The notes beneath the pieces were generated by a model. It was given only the letters and a program-made list of their open reading frames with translations, did no database searches and was not told the DNA's origin. Below are positions 59,498 to 64,000 of a DNA stretch of 64,000 nucleotides, one piece after another. Positions within the stretch are counted from its first letter, which is position 1. Each line of letters starts with the position of its first letter. Origin of the DNA: Nitrospinales bacterium (lineage in GTDB: Bacteria > Nitrospinota > Nitrospinia > Nitrospinales > VA-1); assembly GCA_965205835.1 (NCBI GenBank), contig OZ242182.1, positions 1,852,226-1,916,225 on the forward strand, given 5' to 3'. Position numbers and translations under genes: made by a program.

Positions 59498-60418
59498 ATG
59501 AACGACGAAACAACCACAGAAGACAAACCGGATAAATCCCGGTTGCCTACAGTTCGGACCAAGGACTCGCTGGTCCCACTCGACCCTTTTTCGGCTTATC
59601 TTCAGGAAGTCCGTAAATACCCGCTCCTGACGGGAGAGGAAGAGAAAGAGCTGGCCACTCGTTACAAAGAAACTGGTGATCTTGAAGCTGCCTATAAACT
59701 GACCACCGCCAACCTGATGCTGGTCATTAAAGTCGCCATGACGTTCAAGCGCGAATGGCAGAATCTGATGGACTTGATTCAGGAAGGCAATGTTGGCCTG
59801 ATGAAAGCGGTCAAAAATTTCGACCCCTTTCGCGGAGTACGTCTTTCTGCCTATGCCACCTGGTGGATCAAGTCATATATCCTGAAACATATTCTCGATA
59901 ACTGGCGGCTGGTGCGGGTGGGCACCACCAACGCGCGGCGAAAACTATTGTTCAACCTAAAAAGGGAAAAGGAAAAGCTCGAGCAAGAGGGGTTTGACCC
60001 CACCACCAAGCTACTGGCCGAACGGTTTGGGGTTGATGAGGGAGAAATCATCGATGTCTCTGCCAGCATCGGCGCGATGGATGTTTCCATCGACACTCCC
60101 ACCCACCCTGACAGAACCATGACTCCCGCGCAAACTCTTACGGACGGGAAATCTGTCGAAGCCAATGCGGAGCTCAACCAGTTCCGGGAAATTCTCAATA
60201 AAAATATTGAAAGCTTTAAAACCGATTTGAATGCCAAAGAAATAGAAATTCTCAACCAGCGCGTTCTTTCTGAAGACCCTTTATCACTACAGGAAATCGG
60301 CGATCAGAGAGGGGTCACGCGAGAAGCCGTGCGCCAGGCCGAGCAAAGGCTATTAAAAAAATTTAAAACTTTTATCGAAAAAAAAATGCCGGAAGCGGCA
60401 GACTATTTTAAAACCTGA
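59498..60418 (+). CDS. rpoH: RNA polymerase sigma-32 (heat-shock sigma factor)
   Basis: Region 2 is [19 protein letters not shown]. An RpoH-box-like segment [14 protein letters not shown] and a region 4 HTH are present. Confidence 0.85.
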   Translation: MNDETTTEDKPDKSRLPTVRTKDSLVPLDPFSAYLQEVRKYPLLTGEEEKELATRYKETGDLEAAYKLTTANLMLVIKVAMTFKREWQNLMDLIQEGNVGLMKAVKNFDPFRGVRLSAYATWWIKSYILKHILDNWRLVRVGTTNARRKLLFNLKREKEKLEQEGFDPTTKLLAERFGVDEGEIIDVSASIGAMDVSIDTPTHPDRTMTPAQTLTDGKSVEANAELNQFREILNKNIESFKTDLNAKEIEILNQRVLSEDPLSLQEIGDQRGVTREAVRQAEQRLLKKFKTFIEKKMPEAADYFKT

Positions 60419-60429
60419 GGAGGAGCGTT

Positions 60430-61821
60430 ATGAGCACCCGGACCGAATCCGACAGCATGGGAGAGATCAATGTCCCGACCAGTAGTTACTATGGAGCCCA
60501 AACCGCGCGGTCATTGATCCACTTTGATATTGGCACCGAAACCATGCCACGCGAAATTCTCCGGGGAATGGGCATCCTGAAAAAGGCTTCCGCCATGGTC
60601 AATGCCGAGTTAGGGCTCATGCCTGAAAATGTCAAAGACTTGATCTGCCAAGCCGCCGATGAAGTGATCGATGGGACACTGGATGAACATTTTCCTTTAA
60701 GAGTCTGGCAAACCGGTAGCGGAACGCAGTCCAACATGAACACCAACGAAGTCATCGCCAACCGGGCTATTGAAATAGCAGGCGGGACCATCGGCTCCAA
60801 GGACCCGGTGCACCCCAACGATCATGTCAATATGGGACAGTCTTCCAATGACACCTTTCCTACCGCCATGCATATTGCGGCAGTGGAGCGCATTCGCGAC
60901 ACACTCATCCCCTCTATATCGACTTTAGCCGGATCATTCCGCAAAAAAACCGACGCGTTTCAAGACATCATAAAAATCGGTCGCACTCATCTGATGGATG
61001 CCACCCCGCTCACCCTGGGCCAGGAATTCAGCGGATACACAACTCAGTTGGAATACGCACTCGACCGTATTAACAGCTGCATGCCCAGAATGTATCAAAT
61101 CGCGCTGGGTGGAACCGCGGTAGGAACCGGCCTCAACTCGCACAAGGATTTCGCCGTGAAAGTTGCCAAACAAATTTCCGACCTCACCGGCTGCCCCTTT
61201 GTCACCGCGCCCAATAAATTTGAGTCTCTCGCGGCGCACGATGCCATTGTCGAGACCAGCGGCGTTTTAAAAACCATCGCCTGTTCACTCATGAAAATCG
61301 CCAACGATATTCGCTGGCTCGGTTCAGGTCCGCGATGCGGAATTGGGGAAATTGTTTTACCGGCCAATGAACCGGGAAGCTCGATTATGCCGGGCAAAGT
61401 CAACCCAACCCAGTCTGAAGCAATGACCATGGTCGCGGCACAGGTGATCGGCAATGACACCACCATCAATGTCGGGGGATCCTCTGGGAACTTCGAACTC
61501 AATGTTTTCAAACCGGTGATGATTTACAATCTTCTGCAGTCCATTCGCCTGCTTGCCGATTCCTGTCGATCTTTCAACGACCATTGCGTGGTAGGCATTG
61601 AACCTAATAAAATACAGATCGAAAAATATCTTGATAGCTCGCTCATGCTGGTCACGGCTCTCAATCCACATATCGGCTATGACAACGCGGCGAAGGTGGC
61701 CAAGAAGGCCTATCAGGATAACAGCACTTTGAAAGAAGCGGCGGTGGCTTTGAATCTGCTCACGCCGGAGGAGTTTGACGAAAAAGTGCGACCTGAAAAA
61801 ATGACCGGCGCAAAGGGATAA
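60430..61821 (+). CDS. fumC: Class II fumarate hydratase
   Basis: 463 aa with signature [16 protein letters not shown]. Confidence 0.95.
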   Translation: MSTRTESDSMGEINVPTSSYYGAQTARSLIHFDIGTETMPREILRGMGILKKASAMVNAELGLMPENVKDLICQAADEVIDGTLDEHFPLRVWQTGSGTQSNMNTNEVIANRAIEIAGGTIGSKDPVHPNDHVNMGQSSNDTFPTAMHIAAVERIRDTLIPSISTLAGSFRKKTDAFQDIIKIGRTHLMDATPLTLGQEFSGYTTQLEYALDRINSCMPRMYQIALGGTAVGTGLNSHKDFAVKVAKQISDLTGCPFVTAPNKFESLAAHDAIVETSGVLKTIACSLMKIANDIRWLGSGPRCGIGEIVLPANEPGSSIMPGKVNPTQSEAMTMVAAQVIGNDTTINVGGSSGNFELNVFKPVMIYNLLQSIRLLADSCRSFNDHCVVGIEPNKIQIEKYLDSSLMLVTALNPHIGYDNAAKVAKKAYQDNSTLKEAAVALNLLTPEEFDEKVRPEKMTGAKG

Positions 61822-61832
61822 AAGAGGAAGAT

Positions 61833-61916
61833 ATGTTTCAAAACTGGGAAAATTTTATAGGAATTGTGGTCGTACTGGTCATCCTGCTTCCCATCATTCT
61901 AAAAAAATTGTATTAA
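61833..61916 (+). CDS. Possible 27-aa single-TM micro-protein
   Basis: MFQNWENFIGIVVVLVILLPIILKKLY. GAGGAAG lies 5-6 nt upstream of the ATG, and the ORF starts 12 nt after the fumC stop. Below the ORF-track size cutoff. Confidence 0.3.
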   Translation: MFQNWENFIGIVVVLVILLPIILKKLY

Positions 61917-62122
61917 AAGGAATTTCTCACAGGGAAGAAGGTGAGCTGTTTAAGTTATCAAAAGAAACTACTCCGACAAGCACCTCATTCTGGTTGATCA
62001 CCGCAATAAAATCGACATCATTTCTGCCCGCCCAGTCAAGTCATGAAAATGGCCAAAACCATTAAAGAATGCCGACATACGTAGGCCCGCGAGAAATTTT
62101 GCATTCCTACAAATGAGAAGGT

Positions 62123-62236
62123 CTTTGCATAACCCCTAGTCCTTCGTCACCTTCGTTTCATCGAGGATGACAAACCGGCGTTTCGTGTCGTTCTGAACGC
62201 GTTTCGTGTCGTTCTGAACGCAGTGTGAAGAATCTC
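62123..62236 (+). repeat. Composite dispersed repeat, copy C, with two tandem 21-nt modules
   Basis: ctttgcataacccctagtccttcgtcaccttcg...gaggatgacaaaccggcg, followed by tttcgtgtcgttctgaacgc twice and cagtgtgaagaatc. Confidence 0.85.
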
Positions 62237-62321
62237 GATTTTTCGACTTACGCAAAGCTCTCGCCCCGCGGGGGCAGGCAGATTGCTATAGCTTTACCTC
62301 GCGCCCAATCGGTCTCTCGGC

Positions 62322-63338
62322 TTAATGGGCTGAATAACGAAACATCTGGTTGACGCATTGAAGGGCACGAACCTGAGTTTCCGGGTCGAGGGTGATGATG
62401 TTTTCGGGGCCGGGATTTTCGAGGACATTGAGTATATCTTCCAAAGAATTGGACTTCATATATTTGCAGAGCGTACAGCTTCCAGCAAAGGTTTTTTGCG
62501 GGAACTCGGATTGCAGAACACCGGTCAACCCGCACTCCGTCACCAAAAAAAAGGAGTCGCCGTTGGATTCCCTTACATGGTTGAGCATCTGGCTAGTGCT
62601 TCCCACATAATCGGCCTTGCCCACCACTGAAGAACTGCATTCGGGGTGAACGAGAATTTCCACACCTTCAAAGTTTCTCCGCACATGGTCTATGTTTTCC
62701 GGCTGATACTCTTCATGAACATAGCAGGTACCATCCCAGAGCTGGATATCCTTATTCAGGTCCTTGGATTTGAAATGGTTGATCACATTTTCACCCATGA
62801 GCCGGTCGGGCAGAAAATAAATCTTGTTATTGGGAATTTTTTCAATGATAGCGTAAACATTCGAAGAGGTGACGCACACATCACACTGAGCTTTCACCTC
62901 GGCGGTCGTGTTGATGTAGCAGACGAATGTGTGATCGGAAAACTCCTTGCGGAGCCTTATGACATCTTCCGCTGTTATGCCGTCAGCCAGGGAGCAGCCG
63001 CCATTGGGGTTGGGGTCAAGCACAGTTTTTTGAGGATTGAGAATCTTGGCGGTCTCAGCCATAAAGCGCACCGCTACAAAAACGATGACATCGGCATTGG
63101 ATTCCTTGGCTTTTTTCGACAGGTCATAAGAGTCGCCGGTGTGATCGGCGACACTGTAATAAATTTGCGGCGCGACATAATTATGCGTGAGGATGATGGC
63201 ATCTTTTTCGCGCTTGAGGTCTTCAATCTTTCTGATGGTGGGGAGCAATAACTCGCAATTTTCCTGAGTGAACCGGCAAACAGGGTTGCCCACCTGAATA
63301 TCTTTAAGCTTTTCGTATAATTGTTCCGCGGTAACCAT
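62322..63338 (-). CDS. nadA: Quinolinate synthase
   Basis: 338 aa with the NadA pattern (ILTHNY, PECS, CxxM Fe-S cysteines). Confidence 0.9.
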   Translation of the reverse strand: MVTAEQLYEKLKDIQVGNPVCRFTQENCELLLPTIRKIEDLKREKDAIILTHNYVAPQIYYSVADHTGDSYDLSKKAKESNADVIVFVAVRFMAETAKILNPQKTVLDPNPNGGCSLADGITAEDVIRLRKEFSDHTFVCYINTTAEVKAQCDVCVTSSNVYAIIEKIPNNKIYFLPDRLMGENVINHFKSKDLNKDIQLWDGTCYVHEEYQPENIDHVRRNFEGVEILVHPECSSSVVGKADYVGSTSQMLNHVRESNGDSFFLVTECGLTGVLQSEFPQKTFAGSCTLCKYMKSNSLEDILNVLENPGPENIITLDPETQVRALQCVNQMFRYSAH

Positions 63339-63342
63339 TTTT

Positions 63343-63687
63343 CTAGCCCGGCGGCCAGTTCATAGTACGACCGCCCAAAAGATGATAATGAATATGATAC
63401 ACCGACTGCCCAGCCCCGGCACCACAATTGACCACCAGTCGAAACCCTGACTTGTCGAGTCCTCTCTCCTTCGCAAGTTGATTCGCCACACTAATCACCG
63501 AACCCATCAACGCATGATCCTTCTCCTCGACATCCAACAAGGTGGCCTGATGGATTCGGGGGATGATCAGGATATGCGTAGGAGCTTGCGGGTTGATATC
63601 ATTGATCGCGAACAAGGTATCCGATTCATAAACCTTGTCTGAAGGGGTAGTCTCCTCGCCGATTTTGCAGAACAGGCAATCACTCAT
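63343..63687 (-). CDS. HIT-family (histidine triad) nucleotide hydrolase
   Basis: Contains CLFCKI and HIHYHLLGG (HxHxHxx). Start at the internal ATG. Confidence 0.85.
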   Translation of the reverse strand: MSDCLFCKIGEETTPSDKVYESDTLFAINDINPQAPTHILIIPRIHQATLLDVEEKDHALMGSVISVANQLAKERGLDKSGFRLVVNCGAGAGQSVYHIHYHLLGGRTMNWPPG

Positions 63688-64000
63688 AAGATTTTTTTCC
63701 GCGTCGCTCCGGGTTTCCCATATCCTGTTTATTTTCCTGGCGGGAGAGAGAACCAAACCGCTCAAGATGCTCTATGATTTCTTCTTTATAGGAGATGAAT
63801 GGATCGAGCATCAGAAACGGTTCGTCAGTTTTACTCAGGCGGAACCCGATCCAGTCTATGAGATAACCCATATGAGAGTGCTGGTTTATGAGCCTTTTAA
63901 CAAGCTCTCCCCGGCCATGCGCACGGGTTCCTCTTGGAGGATTAACTTTTGAGAAGTCGACCGCCTCATCGGTGGTTTTGCGGTAACCATCGCCACTGGC
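63680..64000 (-). CDS. 3' end of an unidentified gene (partial; start lies outside the window)
   Basis: The frame is open from the window edge (…DGYRKTTDEAVDFSKVNPPRGTRAHGRGELVKRL…) to TGA at 63680. It overlaps the HIT start by 8 nt. Confidence 0.4.
   Translation of the reverse strand, partial: ASGDGYRKTTDEAVDFSKVNPPRGTRAHGRGELVKRLINQHSHMGYLIDWIGFRLSKTDEPFLMLDPFISYKEEIIEHLERFGSLSRQENKQDMGNPERRGKKSYE

Overview
This is a 64-kb chromosomal segment of a Gram-negative-type bacterium, roughly 50% GC by eye. The gene content includes monomeric isocitrate dehydrogenase next to malate dehydrogenase, class II fumarase, a NuoF-like flavoprotein fusion, FIST, and many TPR/Sel1/LRR proteins. That would fit a Nitrospinota- or Deltaproteobacteria-like lineage, but taxonomy cannot be assigned from this window alone. 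The backbone is housekeeping: hemY, pepA, mdh-icd, glnD, pheA-tyrA-cmk-rpsA-sppA-ihfB-aroC, rpoH, fumC, nadA, tRNA-Arg and tRNA-Pro. Small AT-rich accessory islets are interspersed: 5.6-7.1 kb, 25.5-27.4 kb, 37.1-40.9 kb and 48.0-49.0 kb. The stand-out is a tightly packed three-gene operon at 37360-40930. It encodes an SPPY-type DNA amino-methyltransferase, an SF2-helicase/Z1-domain NTPase and a 151-aa orphan protein. I read it as a candidate non-canonical restriction-modification-like defence cassette. Three other features are notable. Many genes are interrupted or truncated: lexA, fic, DUF1611, a Vgb-lyase-like propeller, TIGR04255-like, IS5-like and IS30-like transposases, a nitrilase fragment, and an LRR gene split by one in-frame TGA. 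A 38-nt dispersed repeat brackets gene cassettes in direct orientation. A second composite repeat family is built from a ~21-25-nt module. Coordinates taken from the ORF track are exact. Coordinates I derived by eye (RNAs, repeats, palindromes, adjusted starts, frameshift positions) may be off by 1-2 nt. No database search was possible, so all family names come from remembered motifs.
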